DNA of 64,000 bases, from the NCBI RefSeq assembly GCF_009834535.1, contig NC_045696.1, forward strand, positions 2,420,001 through 2,484,000. The letters are read 5' to 3'. Source of the DNA: Camelus ferus (lineage: Eukaryota). The position numbers and the translations under genes were made by a program. Positions 12,058 through 25,744 of this stretch are shown here, in pieces (the first letter of the stretch is position 1; each line of letters begins with the position of its first letter). The notes beneath the pieces were generated by a model that had not been told where the DNA came from, made no database searches, and saw nothing but the letters and a program-made list of their open reading frames with translations.

Positions 12058-12379
12058 TTCCCATTTGCTCGGTGCGGTCACTCACACTAGGAATGCGGCA
12101 GGACAGCGGGTGCACAGCCGGGAAGCCATTCTCAGAGACCCGCTGTCTGCGTCCCCTCCTCCCTGGGGGCTCCCCAAATGCTGGGCATCCTCGCATGTGA
12201 CAACTTGACATCAGGCCTCTGGCCCTGGGCGAGACCCTGCAGACTGGGGTCGAGTCAGGGTCAGACCCTGGGTCAATCATCAGACGTCCTCCAGGAGCTC
12301 AGCACGTCACCACACGCCAGGGCCTCCTCTGAGCCGTGTCCTGGGAGCCTCCCCAGACCTTCTGGGTGAAAACTGGAGC

Positions 12380-12450
12380 CGTCGGTTACCCTTCTACAGG
12401 TGAGGAAACTGAGGTTTTGAGAGGTTAGGTGCCGTGTCCGGGGTTACATT
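12380..12450. mobile_element. MIR core fragment
   Basis: 'ttctacaggtgaggaaactgaggttttgagaggttag' is the MIR core motif. Confidence 0.75.
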
Positions 12451-14704
12451 TCTGAGAAGAGTGGGATTGGGCGTACCGTTGGATGGCGGCTCCCTGGCGT
12501 AAGAGGAGGAACTGGGGGTTCTGAAGGAGCACAGACGTGAGGCTGCCTGAGCTGGACGCCAGGACGCACAGCTCTGCAGAGGAGGCGGAGGGCGGGGTCA
12601 CGTGGGAAGTGTGGATTCTGGGCGGGGGTGGGGTCCCCCAGGGTGTTGTTTGGAAGGAAGTGGGAGCTGCAGGGTGACCCCAAGGCCTTAGCAGGCCAGC
12701 CGGGGCCCAGCGTGACCACAAAGTTTTTGTGTCTTGTCTCCCCATCGGGCTGTGGTCTTTGGGTCCCAGCGTCTGGACAGAGTAATCATCGCATCCAGTA
12801 AACGGTGCTGGACTCCAGTGAAGGCCACTTACCCTCGGATGGAAAGTTCTGGAGGGAGGCCACCCAGAGGGAAGTCGGGGAAACGAGGACGTGTACGTGG
12901 GGCTCAGTGTCTGGGCCCCTCATGCCGGGGCCCGGCTTTCCTCCTGCCTTTTAGAGTGTCCGAGGTTCGCTGTAGGCGGGGGGCCAGCAGCTTCTCGGGT
13001 GAGACTCAATTGTGGGGCTAATTATCAGGCCTGAGGGGTGGCCGTGCGGTGGGGTGGCTCACGCCACAGAAGAATGGCCATGTCGCTCCTGGGGGGCAGG
13101 CAAGGAAAAGGAGTTCGCCTGCCACAGAGTACTCTCCAGAAATCAAAGGCTGCCCGGGACTGGCTCCCCAACCCTGTGCCTCTCTGGTGGCCCGAACCCT
13201 CTGACAGGGTCTGCATGGCAGGGGTGACAGGGGCAGGCGTACGAGGGTGTTCTTTCTTGGGAAAAATCTCCTTGGCGCACTCTTCCTGCCGATACAGCTG
13301 GGTGAGAAGGGACCCGCAGCCTGGCCCGGGCACTGTGTGGGCATCCAGCCAGGGGTGGACACGGGCCTTGGCCCTCAGGCCTTCCAGAGCCAGCGAGCAG
13401 AGCACGCTGCTGTGAAGGTCAGTGCTCCGGGAGGAGAGGGGCGCTGTCTGAGCGCGAGCCCCGAGGCAGGCCGGCTCCCCGGCGGCGGCATGCTCCCGCC
13501 TCGCACTGCCCGCCAGCAGCTTCTCCCTGAACTCTGCCTTTCCTGGAGACTGGCCCCCATCCCCATCCCGGACACCAGCGTCAGCGAGGCCTGCTCTTCC
13601 TAGAAGGCTGGTTACTAGAATCTGACTGCAGGTGCTCCCTGGGGAAATGTGTCTCATAACCATCACTTGGTCTCGGTGCCTGGTTTCACCTCTGGGACGA
13701 CAGACCCATCTGAGCTGGTGCCAACGGGCTGTTGCAACATTTCAGGGCCCGCGTCCGTGTCCCTGATTCAGAGCTGCCCGGCCGTGCAGGCCAGGGACGG
13801 GCCTCTGAGCTGGAGGAGGCTGACGGAGAGGCCCCAGGGCTGCTTGGTTGTGCTCGAGGCCCAAGGCCTGGGCAGTCTGAAAGGGGCTGGGGAGGAGTGT
13901 GGTGGGGAGCAGAGTCCTGGGTGGGCTGAGGGCCCTGCTCCCAGGCTCTGGCCCTGGTTCTGGGGGAGGCATCTGGTGCTGAGCAGGGTGTGTGTGCGCA
14001 TGCGTGTGTGAACTGGAAGCCCACGGAAGGTCCAGTTCCAGCTTGGAGGGGCCCCCCTTGGAGCCCTCTCTGAATGTGGCTCCAGCTGTCCAGTGGGACT
14101 TGGGGCCCTGTCCCCCACCCCTTGGACCGCTGTCACTACCAGCCTCCTACCTTTTGCAGGTTTTCCGTCCAAACCCCAACTGAACCCTCCTCCAGGAAGC
14201 ACACAGGTGGACGGTTGTCTGGGGGACGAGGGGGTATTCCTGGTTTTGCTGGGAAACGAGGCAGGACGCTGCCCCGAGAGGCTTGTGCGGGAGCCGCGCA
14301 GCCCACGCTTGGCCGCGCCGGGGACTTTGAAAGCCGCCCTGGTGGGGCCAGCGCGGCGGGGTGCCGGGGGGGCCTTCGGGGGCTTTGCTCCCACAGAAGG
14401 TGTTGGGGTGGGGAAGAAGAGAAAGAGGCTTGAGCAGGCTGCCGGCCCCCTCGGGTGGGTCCCCACCATCTGCCTGCATGCTCCGCAGGGCCGGGCACTC
14501 CCCAAGCTTGGGCAGCCTGGCAGGGCAGCGGGTTCAAGCACTGGACACAGCAGCCCCGCGGAGCCAGCAGGTGTTGAATCGCTGTGCCCCAGCACGCCTG
14601 CTGAGGGGTGCCGGGAGGGGGACATCAGTCAGAGCCACGGTTGCCACCGCGATGCTCAGTGTAGGACCTGGGAGCCCCCCTTCCCTTTTCCTGTGTCCAC
14701 GCTC

Positions 14705-14956
14705 CTGAGGCCTCTCCCCTGGGCATGTCGATGGCTATCTGCACCATGTCCTCGCGTGATTGTCCCAGGGCATGCCTGTGTCCTGATCTCCTCTTAATAA
14801 GGACACCGGTTCTATGGGATTAGGGCCCACCCTCGTCACATCATTTAACCTTAGTCTCCTCTGTGAAGATGCCGTCTCCAACACAGGCATGTTCCGACCT
14901 GCTGGGGGCCAGGACTCCAGCGTAGGAGTCCGGGGGACACGACAGAGCCCGTTTCA
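14705..14956 (-). mobile_element. MaLR LTR fragment (MLT1B-like)
   Basis: 'tcctcttaataaggacacc...ggattagggcccaccctc...catttaaccttag...gggggacac' is the reverse complement of the MLT1 5' half. Confidence 0.8.
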
Positions 14957-15223
14957 GTCCCGGGAGCTCTGGACACCGCCTGATCTGTAATACCGTGTTC
15001 TTGTTTTGTTTTTCTGTTTCTCTCTCTCACGTTTCCTGGAGGTACAGCTGTTATCAGCCAGGTTCCCGGGTGGGGAGACTGAAGCTCAGGGCCTTGAAAA
15101 GATGTGTCCAGAGACTGTGCCGGTCCTGTGGGGACAGGGTGTGTGCGCCAAGTTAGCGCTAGTGCTCGCCCAGCCTAGCACCCGAAGGCTGCCCCTCTCC
15201 CTGGTCACCGCCTCGGCCTCTGT

Positions 15224-15274
15224 GGCAGAGGGGCAGAGGGGCAGAGGGGCAGAGGGGCAGAGGGGCAGAGGGGC
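15224..15274 (+). repeat. (GGCAGAGG)n tandem repeat, ~6 copies
   Basis: Perfect 8-mer array giving six GGGG runs separated by CAGA. Confidence 0.95.
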
Positions 15275-17549
15275 CGCCGGCGGTGAGTGGTGGGATCACA
15301 TGTTCTGCCAGCTCCTGGCCGCTCTCCCTGGAAGGTTCTGGGACTGAGGAAAGGACACTGGGGGAGCTGTCCTCTGAGGCCTTGGCCGGCCCAGGAGGCG
15401 AGGGGAGACTGTTTGTGGCTGGGGACACTGGTAGGGGGCTGGGGCTTGCCCAGGGTTGAGGTCAGTCATGAGCGCCCCTTGGAGGCCGGCTGCCCTCTGA
15501 GCTCCTTGCCGGTTCTGGGAACACAGGAGATGGGGGGCCAGCCGTGCTTCCTGAGGAAGTTTCTTAAGGAAACGCACTGGGCCCCAGGGAGCCCAGATCT
15601 GATGCTGGAACCAAACCTGGGAGGCTGGGCTGCAGCCTGTAGAGCGGGGGACAGTGGGGAGGGGTGGGGTCTGGGGTGGACAGGTGCCAGTTGTGCCCTC
15701 CGCCACCACCATCCCAGCGCGCAGCCCAGGGCCAGCTTCCGGCTACTCCAGCCCAGGATGGAGGCTGGGCTGCCCGGAACCAGGCTTCCTGGAACTGGCC
15801 CAGGGGAGATGCGGGGGCCTTCCAGAAGACGTCAGTCCACGAAGCTTTGTTGATCTGTTGGTCTCAAAAGGATCAGATTCAGATTCCGGCCCGGCCTCAG
15901 ATCAATAGCCAGTCCCCACTCAGGAAGGCTGGGTGGGGTCAGAACGGGGACTCTGGCTGGGACCTGGGGCGGGACCGCAGCCCAGTGGGCCTGTCTTCCA
16001 CGGTGAGATCTGGCCAAGCTGCATCCTGAGTCTGGCTCCCGGGGCCCTGGGGCAGCAAGAAGGGGGCCGCACCCCAAGGCTTCTCGCCCAGGAGGGCAGT
16101 GTGGGTGCTGATGGCCCTGAGCACCACTCCCTGTGGGGCCGGATGGGGCGTGCTGAGACCTCAGGGTCCTTCCCAACTGTCTAGGGGCCCCAGGGCTGGG
16201 CGAGGGGAGCCTGGCAGCTGCGGGTTTCCACCTGCTTGCGGCCTAGACAGGAGAGAACTAGACTCGGTGAGAGGTGGGGTCTGAGGACACAGTGCAGTCT
16301 GTGCAGGAGGGGGAGCCGGGTCGGGGGACCCCCCCCTACCCCGTGTGGCAGCCGTGCCAGGCAGGACTCCTGACTTTCCTTCTCCGCGGGCCTCACTTTC
16401 CAGCAAGCCTCCCTGCCTCAGCTGCCTCCTTCTCACCCCTCATCCTTTCACTGCCCTGCACCCTGGTGGACGCTGGGGACCTGGCGGGACACAGCAGACT
16501 GGGATGAGGAGGAGATAGCAAGTGGATGGCTCACTCCATAAGATCCTGCTGCCCGGGGAAGGATCTGAAGGGCACAGGCAGTCAGTAAGGTGGGGTGCCA
16601 GCAGGACAGGCAGGCGTAGCAAGTGCAAAGGCCCTGAGGCAGCAGAGAACCAGGTGCCTGGGGACGTACCGGGAGCCAGTAGGGCTGGAGGGGACTCCAG
16701 GACGGTGCAGGTTTGGAGCAGTGCTGCCCCATCTCTCAGTAAGCAGGTGGTCAGTGACGGGAAAGGCCAGTGACCTTCCCAGGCTCTGGGTTAGCCTTGG
16801 TGGTCGAGGAGTGTGACCAGTGGCCTGTGCAGGTGGCTATTCTCTGATTGGAAAACCAGTCCAGGAACACGCAGACCTGCCTTCCTCCTTCCCCAGGAAT
16901 GGGAGGGTGGGGCCAGGCTCTCACTAGGGCCATCAGCCATCTGAGCTGGGAGCTCCCAGCTGGGAGTTATAAATGGACAGGAGCGGCTGTTGCCACAGTG
17001 ACCAGAGCAGCTGCTCCTGGGCAGCCCTGTTCGGTGCCCAGAAGCCCCTGCAGCCCCCGCCTGCCCTCCTCAGCCTTTTAAGGGCGTTTCTGGGACAGCA
17101 CCTCATCTCCCTGCTGCACTGGCTGAAATGTGCCCTCAGGGCGGCAGGAAGCTCTTCAAGCTGGGCGGGACCCCCCGCCGCCCCTTGGATTTGGATGGGG
17201 AGGGGGCACAGGACACGACCCAGAGTGTCAGGGTTTGGCCGCAGAAGTAAAAACGCTTGTGGAGAAGACAGCTTCTGGGGGAGTGGGGCGTCTCTGGAGC
17301 CCTGGTGGGTGGGGGTCAGGGCCGTGACCTCCTTAGATTCAGGGCATTCCAGCTCCCCTCCCCCGGCCCATCACTCTCAAAGCCAGCAGCACCTGTCCCT
17401 GCAGGAGCCCCTATGGCAGGAGGGGGAGCTTGCCAGGACCACCCAGGGTCTCGGGTGGGGTTTGTGGGTGGGGGCTGGGTTCTCAGGAAGCCTGGGCCTG
17501 AGGCCCCTCCTCGTCCCAAGGCTCCCTTGTGGCCCCGTCAGGAGGGTGG

Positions 17550-19200
17550 TGAATGCAGCAAGCTTAACACAAGATTGTTGTGCAGGAATAGACGATGCTC
17601 TACTTAATGAGCAACGAGCAATTCAAAATTAAATGAAAAATACCACCAAATATGTGAACTCTTTAGGGATATGGCTTACAAAACAAGGTGCACGTCCTGA
17701 CTGAAAATTACCAAGTATTGCCTTGAATTACGTAAGTGGAGAGAGGTACTGTGTTCATGCACTGGGAGATGCAGTGATGTTAAAATGTCCGTTCTCCCAA
17801 GTTGATGGACTCCTTCAGAGCCATCCCAGTCCAGGTCCCCTCAGGCTCTTGGCTGATGCTGATTCCCAGTTTCCAAGGGAGATGTAAAGGACTTAGAAAG
17901 CCGGCATAAATCTGATAAAGAACACATTTGGAGGACATAGAGAGCCTAGTTTCAAGATTTACTGCAAAGTGACCACAATCAGGACAGTGTGGTGTTGACA
18001 TCAGGATGGACAAATACATGAATGGAACAGAATGGATGGTCCACACGTATGTGGACAATTTTCAACAAGGGACAGACAGTTCAGGAAAGAGAAGGTAGTC
18101 TTTTCAGCAAATGGCGCAGCATAACAGGTGTCTGTGGGCACAGAAATGGGACTCGGATCCTTCTGTCTCACCGTATACTAAACATTGGCTCAAAATCATA
18201 GACCCAAGGATATAATCTAGAAATAAAATTTCTGGAAGAAAACATAGGAGAAATTCTTTGTAACCTTGAGTTAGGAGAAGGTTTCTTAGATAGAACCCAA
18301 AATGAGTCATAAAAGAAAACGGGTAAGTTGGACTTGAGGAGCATGAGGAACTTCGCTCTCCCAAAGGCCCTGCTACGAGCTGGGGAGATGAGCTGCAGCC
18401 TGCGGGAAGCTTTGCAGAGCGTATGTCCAGTAAAGAGTTTGAATCCAGAACCCCCTGAACCCCCCAGGAGGAAAACCACCCGACTTAACAAACAGGCAGG
18501 AAACGTGAGTGTGCACTTCCCCGAGGAACTCACGACGGCAGACACACAGGTTCCGCGCCACTGGTCATCGGGGAGATCCAGGCTAAAACCCAACCAGAGG
18601 CCACTGTGCTCTAATTAGGAAGTCTAGAATTTGAAAGAGGGAACATCCCAAGGGCCCGGAGGCTGGGGATGAATGGGAACTCTCATTCCTTGCTGGGGAG
18701 AGTGTGACTGGGTGCCACCACTTTAGAAAACAGTCTGGAAGTTTCTTCAAAAGTTAAACGCACGTCAACCGTAGGACCCAGCCGTTCCACTCCTGGAGGA
18801 ATGGAGGCCTTCACCCCTGCAAGGACGTGTGCACGAGTGCTCACTGCAGCTCTGTCTGTAACAGCCCCGAAGTGGGAACAAAACACACGTCCCCTGGCGG
18901 GGAGTGGAGAGAACCCTGCAGACGCCCTGTGCGTGGAGGACGACTCGGCAGCACAAGTGCACCTCCCGGCAGCAGGTGAGAAGCCAGGCAGAGCAGAGCC
19001 TGGCCGTAGGATTCCACCTGCACCTCCCGGAAGATGCAGACTCACCGCAGTGACAGCGCGCGAATCGGTGGTTGCCTGGAGACGGCAGGGGCGCCGGGAT
19101 GCTGCTCCCTTGATCATGGTGCTGGGTTTACATCAGATCGTCCACTTTACACGTGTGCACGTTCCTGTGCGCCAGTCATACCTCAGTCAAGTTGTTTAGG
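17550..19200 (+). mobile_element. Old LINE-1 (L1M) ORF2 3' half and 3'UTR
   Basis: Sense L1 phrases: 'aatggaacagaat', 'tagtcttttcagcaaatgg', 'ggaagaaaacataggagaa', 'ccactttagaaaacagtctgg', 'gcagctctgtctgtaacagccccgaagtggga'. Heavily mutated; boundaries approximate. Confidence 0.85.
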
Positions 19201-22200
19201 ATGTGAACACACAAAACACTAACAAGAAAGACATACACTGCGTGCTCTCAGGAGATACGAATATATGTCAGATTTCCAGAAATTCAGTGCAGTGCTATTT
19301 CAAAGAGTGCAAATCCTGAGGAAAGGACCGTCAGCAGTGGGGCTGTGAGGATGCCCCCACGCTGGGCTGCGGGTTCCTCGGCCCAGGCCCGCTTGGCCTC
19401 CTGTCCACCTGTGCCCAGCTGTACGCACCTTCCACGGGAGCTCAGGGTCTCGGGACCCGTAAGTGGATTCAAAGCCTCATCTGGCTGGTCCCTGGCCGCT
19501 CCTCCCCAGCCTCCTGCGGTTGCTCAGGAGGCTGCAGTCCAGCGGGAGGGGGACGTGACCCTCCCAGAGCTGGCGCCCCGGCTCCTCGGAGCACAGCTTT
19601 TCCAGCTGAAAGGAGGTGTGATGCTCTCCTGCGCCAGTGGAAGGAAGGGCCTGACGCAGGCCCGGCTGCTGAAGGGTCTCAGGCTCCCCGCCTCCGCCTC
19701 CGCCTCCAGACTGAGAGAAAACTCCCCATTGTGGTGCTTTGTTGCAGCCATCCCAGGACCCGGATTCCCGGCTGAACGCTCGCTTCTCCTGTGGGCTGGA
19801 TGCCCGGCACAGTCAGCAGCCGAGTCCGCCCTGCTGCAGGGGTCCTGGCCCCCAGCCTGGACACGCCACCCACCGAGGCAGTTTGCAGACCGAACATACG
19901 AAGGGCCCCTTGCGGATTAGAGGGTCTCTCAGTGACGCTTTCTGTCCCCACAGGTCTCCTGAAGATGGGGCTGCTCTCTGTGGGGTGCTGGTCGGGGAGG
20001 AGGCTCAGGGGCGGCCCCCCCGAGCCCGGGGTTCCGTGTGCTGGACCATATCTGTTGAGACACGGGTCCTTCTCCACTCCTGGGAGCTGGTGAAGGATCC
20101 TCACGGCCACAGCCTTTGAGGGGGAGCCCCAACACCACGCCTGCCATTCAGAGCAGGGCCGGGGGAGTGCTGTGAGCCGGCTCGAGTCATCTTTGCAGCC
20201 CTTTGAGCCCCGCTGCATGTGTGTGCAGAAGTGCAGGCTTGTGCTGGGCTGGTTGGTTCCCAGGCTCACCGCCTCCCTGGGCTGGAGAGACATGGGCCCG
20301 GGCCCCTCCCTCTGGTGCTGCTGGTTTCCGGCCCCGGAGCTCTTGGTCACCCCACCGGAGCACAGTCCTGCTGGGCTGGGAGACCCACCACATGGTCCCT
20401 GATGACAGCACAGTCCTGCTTGGTTGCCTGGGGGATGGGTGTGGGGCTTCAGGGATCCCAGATGCTCGTTGGGGTGCAGGGGAAGCTCCCCATCCCCCAG
20501 GCAGGTGTCTTCCAGGAAGGACGGAAGAACACTGGCCTTGCTCAGCCCACATTCCTGCTGAGAGGGACGGCCAGTTTGCAGAGACCCGGGTTCACTATGT
20601 CTGGCCCCCTCCACCGCAGGAGATGTGCCATTGATTTGAAAACCACTCCTGGCAAAAACACAGCTAACTGTCTCCCCAAAACGAGGCTGCTGGCCACCAA
20701 CACACATCCCCAAGGGTCCCTGAGTCTTTCATTGGAGTGAGGCCTGCCCCCGCTACGTGGAGGGGCTGCTGTGGGGGGGTGCCCCCCTCCGGCCCAGCCC
20801 CCCAGCTCTGGTTGTGTCCATGGGGCCCTGTCCCCAGAGCTGTTCTTGAGATTTAGCCAAACTGCTGTGAAACAGCCATTTAGGGGGAGGGCCGCCTGCG
20901 AAACAGGGCTGACACTGCACGCAGCTGATGGCACTCTGGGGGTGAGACAGGCACCTGGAAAGCTCTGGAGGCTTTGGGCAATGAGGCATTTAAGCCCCAT
21001 GATCTGCTGGGTCTGGAGATGGCACGGGGGTGGGGCCAGCAGATGGGCAGGCCACAGGTGGACGGACCAGGGTGGGGGCCACCTGAGGGTCCCTGCCAGT
21101 CAGCATCCTGTGTCACTGACTCCTGAGATAAGTCCATAATTTCTTGTCCCCTGAAAGCTTTGGGGTCGAGAGTGGCTGTCCGGTTGTGGTTGTCCAGGAG
21201 CAGAAGTCCGACTCTCATACTTGGGCCCGAGAGCAGGAGGAGCCGGGCAGCTCCTGGTCCCTCTGAAGATCCAAATGAGTGCCGGCTGCTGGCCTGGCCG
21301 GCAGGGCTCTGGAAACAGAAGGAAAGCCCCACCCTCCGGCCAAGGTTTTCCTGCTCTTTGAAAGGATCTTGGTTCCAGGATCCCACCCTCGGAAGGTTCT
21401 GGAATCATCTTGTTACCCCCACCCCACCCTGCCCCAGGAGCACCCAAGGGGTTGGGGGTGTGAGCCAGCTGGGTGGGTGTTTGTCCCAGGAAGGCTCTGG
21501 TGATGCGGCCCCAGGGGACACCACCCCTGAGCACTGGACAGAGATGCGCCGGCCGCTGAGCCCTCTCCCACCGGAACCGGGTCCGGCCCGAGGAATAAAC
21601 GGGCCAGATGCAGAGAGAGGCTGGGACCTGTATCCCCTTCCAGTGGGGGCCGGGGGGGACCCTGAGTGTCCTGCCTGTGCGAGCCCCATGCATGGGCGGC
21701 CCGCGTGCACAGGCAGCTCCAGGTCCGCGCCCGCTGCAGCCGAGGGGCACACCTTCCTCCTCTGCATGCGCAGGCGACGTGAGCTGCGCCTGGCCTGGCT
21801 GCTCTCGGGGTCCGAGCTGGCCGATGGGACGGCAGACCCTCCAGGCCAGCCTCCCCCTCCCTCCCTCCCCACTCCGTCCCAAGGCCCTGGTCTGCTGCTC
21901 TCACTCCCACTACGGGGATGTCCCCACGTTCTGGCAGCTTCCTCGCCTGTACACACCGTCTGAGCCAGGCTGCTCTCGGGCTGCAGAGCTGCGGGTCTGG
22001 GAGTGACTCACGGGGTCAGAGGAAGCCCTGGCTCCCCCAGCCCTTTAATGCCCGGGGCTCTTCCTGCACCCAGACCCTCCCTCTGGGTGGGGGCGGCGTG
22101 GCCCCCATTTCCGAGGCCCCTTCTCGTCAGAGGGTAAAGGCAGACTTTGCCCCTCTCCTTCCCCTCCAGGAGTCGCGCCCTGTGCCGCCGCCCAGGCTTC

Positions 22201-24772
22201 CCAGTTCTGACCCCACAGGGGGCTGTGGGCCTGGGCGGTGGGTGCCTGGCCGTATCCTCGTCCAGGCTGTGCTCTTGGCCCTTGACCTGTGCCTTTGGCC
22301 TTTGACCCAGGCACCAAATGACAGTTCAACAGAAGAGATGGCGGTGCAGCACCTACGCCCCCCAAGGTCACAGACCCATGGTGGGTCCTCCAGGGTGCTC
22401 CCCCTTCCTCCCCCTCCCCGCCATTCCTTGTCCCAGAGACTGGACCCTCTGCTGCGAGGGATGCTGCCTGCAGGGGGGTGGCGCAGCCTGCCCACCCCCT
22501 GCACCCCCACCCCCACCTCCTACCCTGTCCCCCAGACAGCGGCTGAACCCTTCTGGACCCTGGCCCCCATTCACATCCCACAGCCCTGCCCACCCTGGCC
22601 CAGTGCAGGGGAAGGCGGGAATGTGGTGGAACGCGTGTCCTGCTGGTGACCATTCCCGCTCCACCGCCAACCGCATGTGCCCAGTGCTGGTGTGCCCAGT
22701 GGTCACTTTTGTAGAGACAGCAGGTAACCTCCAAAGCATCGTCCCGAGTGGTGCCCGGCTGAAGGGTGGGGCAGGACGCTGTAGCCCCTACTCGGGAGCA
22801 GCTGTGAGGACTGTCCTTTGCTCAGTGGGCAGGGCCGGCCTGGCTCTCTGCACGCCCTTGGATGGGGGCTCAGAGGGCGGAGTGGGCGCCAGGGAGCCGT
22901 GGGCTGGGTGCACCGATGTCCAGGCCTGTGGGGTCGGGCGAGTCGCCTGGGGTGGGGACCCTGGAACTGCCTGAGGGCTCCCAGGCTGTCCCCGTCCTGC
23001 ACCAAACCCATGCAGTCCCGCAGCCCCACAGGGCACGGGGCTCAGGCTGACCATGCCCACCAGGCCCACTCCAGTGGTGGCGAGGACTTGGGGAAGGGTC
23101 TTCCCGCTCTGGGCCTTGGCTGGCACTGGGAGGTTGGCGGGTCCCGGTGGCAGGTGCGCTGTGAACGAGACCCCCAAGGTCTTGGGGGAGGTGGTGGGAC
23201 CTTCCTGTTGCCGCAGGAGCCTCTTGCGAGGAAAAGCACTGCTGGGACCCGGGCCCCTGCCACCGCTGTACACGGGGGTGTGTGCGCGCGCGTGTGAGCA
23301 CAGCAGGGCGGGAAGGGGACAGGCCCGAGCTCTTGGGACGTCAGGGTTGGCAGAGCTGAGGGTGGGTGTCCAGAAGCTGATCTCTGACCCAAACACACCC
23401 CTCTGGACAAGCCCACAGCGGGCCCCGGGTTGAGAGCTACCAAGCAAAGCCAGTTTTGGGAAAAGTAATTAATTTGGAGTGAAATTGCTGTTACTCTTAA
23501 TTGGTTGTTTTCCCTGAAAACTCAGAAAAGCAAGGAGGCAGGACATAGACCCTCCCTTCCCCTGGTCGGCACAGACCCCAGGAGGGGTCGGGGTCTCTTA
23601 GGGCCCCACAGGCCCCGTTGGCGCCCCGTGGGCGGGGTCCCAGATGCTGGGAGTGGGGAGAGGCCCTGGGCCGCACCCCCCAGTGCATTCCTGCGGCTCA
23701 GTGGGTGGGCGAGATGGCTCCGGCCGCCTGTCTCGGCAGGCCCGCCCTGCTCAGTCCTGGCTGGTGGCATGTGTCCACCGCTGCCGCAGCATGCCTGGCC
23801 ATGTCCAGAGCCGCCCTCAGGGCAGCCTGACCTCAGGGGGAGCACATGGCCACCAAGAGGAGTGCCTTGTATTGGACCGCAGCCCCTTCCAGACGCTCAG
23901 CTGGCCCTTCCAGGCCCTCTGTGGGTGGCTGGCCATTTGTCCCCAGTCCCTTCCTGGGTCCTTTTTGAGGAAAGGCCTCTGTCCCACCCAGTCCCCTAGC
24001 TGGAGCTAAAAATACTAGGGTCGTACCCAGGCCCCCACCCTGCCTCTCAGAGGGCCTTGCCTTCCAGTCTGGAAGCCACCGAGCTCTTTGGATCATCAGC
24101 ACGAGTTGCTGGCACATGACAGCCATCTGTGTTTTTCTTTAAATTATGCCTGTCATAGTGTCGTTGGCTAATAGCTCAAGGCCCAATACACTCTTTTGGT
24201 GAAGTTCATTATCGTGGCAGCAGGTGTAAATCCACCACACGGACGGAAGCACTGAATCCAGTGGCCTCGAAGGTGACTTTCCCACGGGCTGTCAGCGTTT
24301 AGTCTGTGAGCCTGGGTGACAGCGGGACAGCAGCTGTTCCTGGGAGGTCCCTGCTCAGGCCCCCACCCCCAGGGGAGCCCTAGGACGCGGGAACTGGGCC
24401 TCCTGCTGGCTCTTTCTGCCCTGGGTGCCAGGGGTGTCGCAAAGAGGCTGGGCTGTTCCTGGAGGCCAGGCTTGTGTCAATGGTGACCCCTGGGGGGTAG
24501 CCCAGTCTGGGGGACTTTCACACTCCTGAGACTCCCAGGGCGGGTCTGGCGTGGTGCTGGACGTCCCAGCAGCTGACGCCGGGACTTGGGATATCTCCCT
24601 CAGGCTCCGTGTAGCCATGGCTAGGGGGCCCCACAGAGGTGGCCGAGGCCACAGCTCAAAGCCAGTGAGCCATCTGACCCTGGGCACAGACCAGGCTGGG
24701 CCGCAGGTGGACACCACTGCCCCGTGCGGAACCACGTGGAGGAAGGCCCCGCACAGCCCTGCCTGTGACTGC

Positions 24773-24801
24773 ACCCTCTGCCCTCTGCCCTCTGCCCTCT
24801 G
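24773..24801. repeat. (CCCTCTG)n, ~4 copies
   Basis: ccctctgccctctgccctctgccctctgc. Confidence 0.85.
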
Positions 24802-24904
24802 CACTGCACTTACTGTGGCGCCCAGAGATGGTCTTCCCGCCCAGGCAACTGCTCTGGACTCCAGGGTGGACTCTGCATCCCAGGCTACTGGCGTCCCCTG
24901 CGTT

Positions 24905-25288
24905 GTTTTTATTATGGTAAAACACCCACAACATAAAATTTACCACTTTAACCATTTTAAAGTATCCAGGTCAGTGGCATTAAGTCCATTTGCATTGTTG
25001 TACAAACGCCACCACCCACGTCCATCTCCAGGATTTTTCCTTCTTCCCAAATTGAAACTCTGTCCCCATTAAACACTTACTCCCCTTCCCCCAGCCCCTG
25101 GCCCCCTACCCTCCTGCTTTCTGTCTTTATGAGTCTGACTCCTCCAGGGACCTCATGTAAGTGGATCAGACAGCACTTGTCCTTTTGCAACTGCTTATTT
25201 CACTCAGCATAATGTCTTCAAAATTCATCCATGCTGTAGCTTGTGTCAGAATCTCCTTTTTTAAGGCTGAATAATATTCCTTGTATGT
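24905..25288 (-). mobile_element. LINE-1 3' end (L1MB-like), interrupted by an MLT1 LTR
   Basis: 'acataaaatttaccactttaaccattttaaag...gcttatttcactcagcataatgtcttcaa...ttaaggctgaataatattcc'. It resumes briefly after 25631 ('acccattcattca'). Confidence 0.85.
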
Positions 25289-25631
25289 TGCTATAGACTG
25301 AATGTGTCCCCCCAAAATCCTATATTGGAACCCCAGCTCCCGGTGTGATGGTGTCAGGGTGGGGCCTTTGGGAGGTGATGAGGTCACGAGGGTGGAGCCC
25401 CATGAACGGGGTCAGTGCCCTCATAAAGGAACCTCAGAGGACTCCCAGCCCCTACTGCCACGTGAGGAGGCAGCAGGAAGACAGAACCAAGAACAAGGCT
25501 CTTCCCAGAATGAATCTGCGGGCATTTGATCTCAGGCTTCCAGCCTCCAGAATGGTGAGAAGTAAATCTCTGTGATTTATAAGACACCCAATCTTGGTGT
25601 TTTTTAATAGCAGCCTGAATGGACTGAGACA
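25289..25631 (+). mobile_element. MaLR solo LTR (MLT1A-like), near full length
   Basis: Starts 'tgctatagactgaatgtgtccccccaaaat', contains 'ttccagcctccagaatggtgagaagtaaat', ends 'gcagcctgaatggactgagaca'. Confidence 0.9.
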
Positions 25632-25667
25632 TGTATATAGTGCATTTTCTACCCATTCATTCATAGA

Positions 25668-25740
25668 GATGTCCAGAATAACGTTTAACCAAGTATCTGG
25701 GCTCTGTGGCCTGGCCGAGTGAACACATAATTAACCACCG
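25668..25740 (-). mobile_element. MLT2-like LTR terminal remnant
   Basis: 'ccagaataacgtttaaccaagtatctggg...gaacacataattaacca' resembles the reverse complement of the MLT2 5' end. Confidence 0.6.
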
Positions 25741-25744
25741 ATAA

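Noticed and set aside
6410..23500. Shared 13-mer ctgttactcttaa at 6410-6422 and 23488-23500, both in AT-rich patches
   Set aside because: Exact 13-mer matches are expected by chance many times in 64 kb, and flanking similarity is weak.
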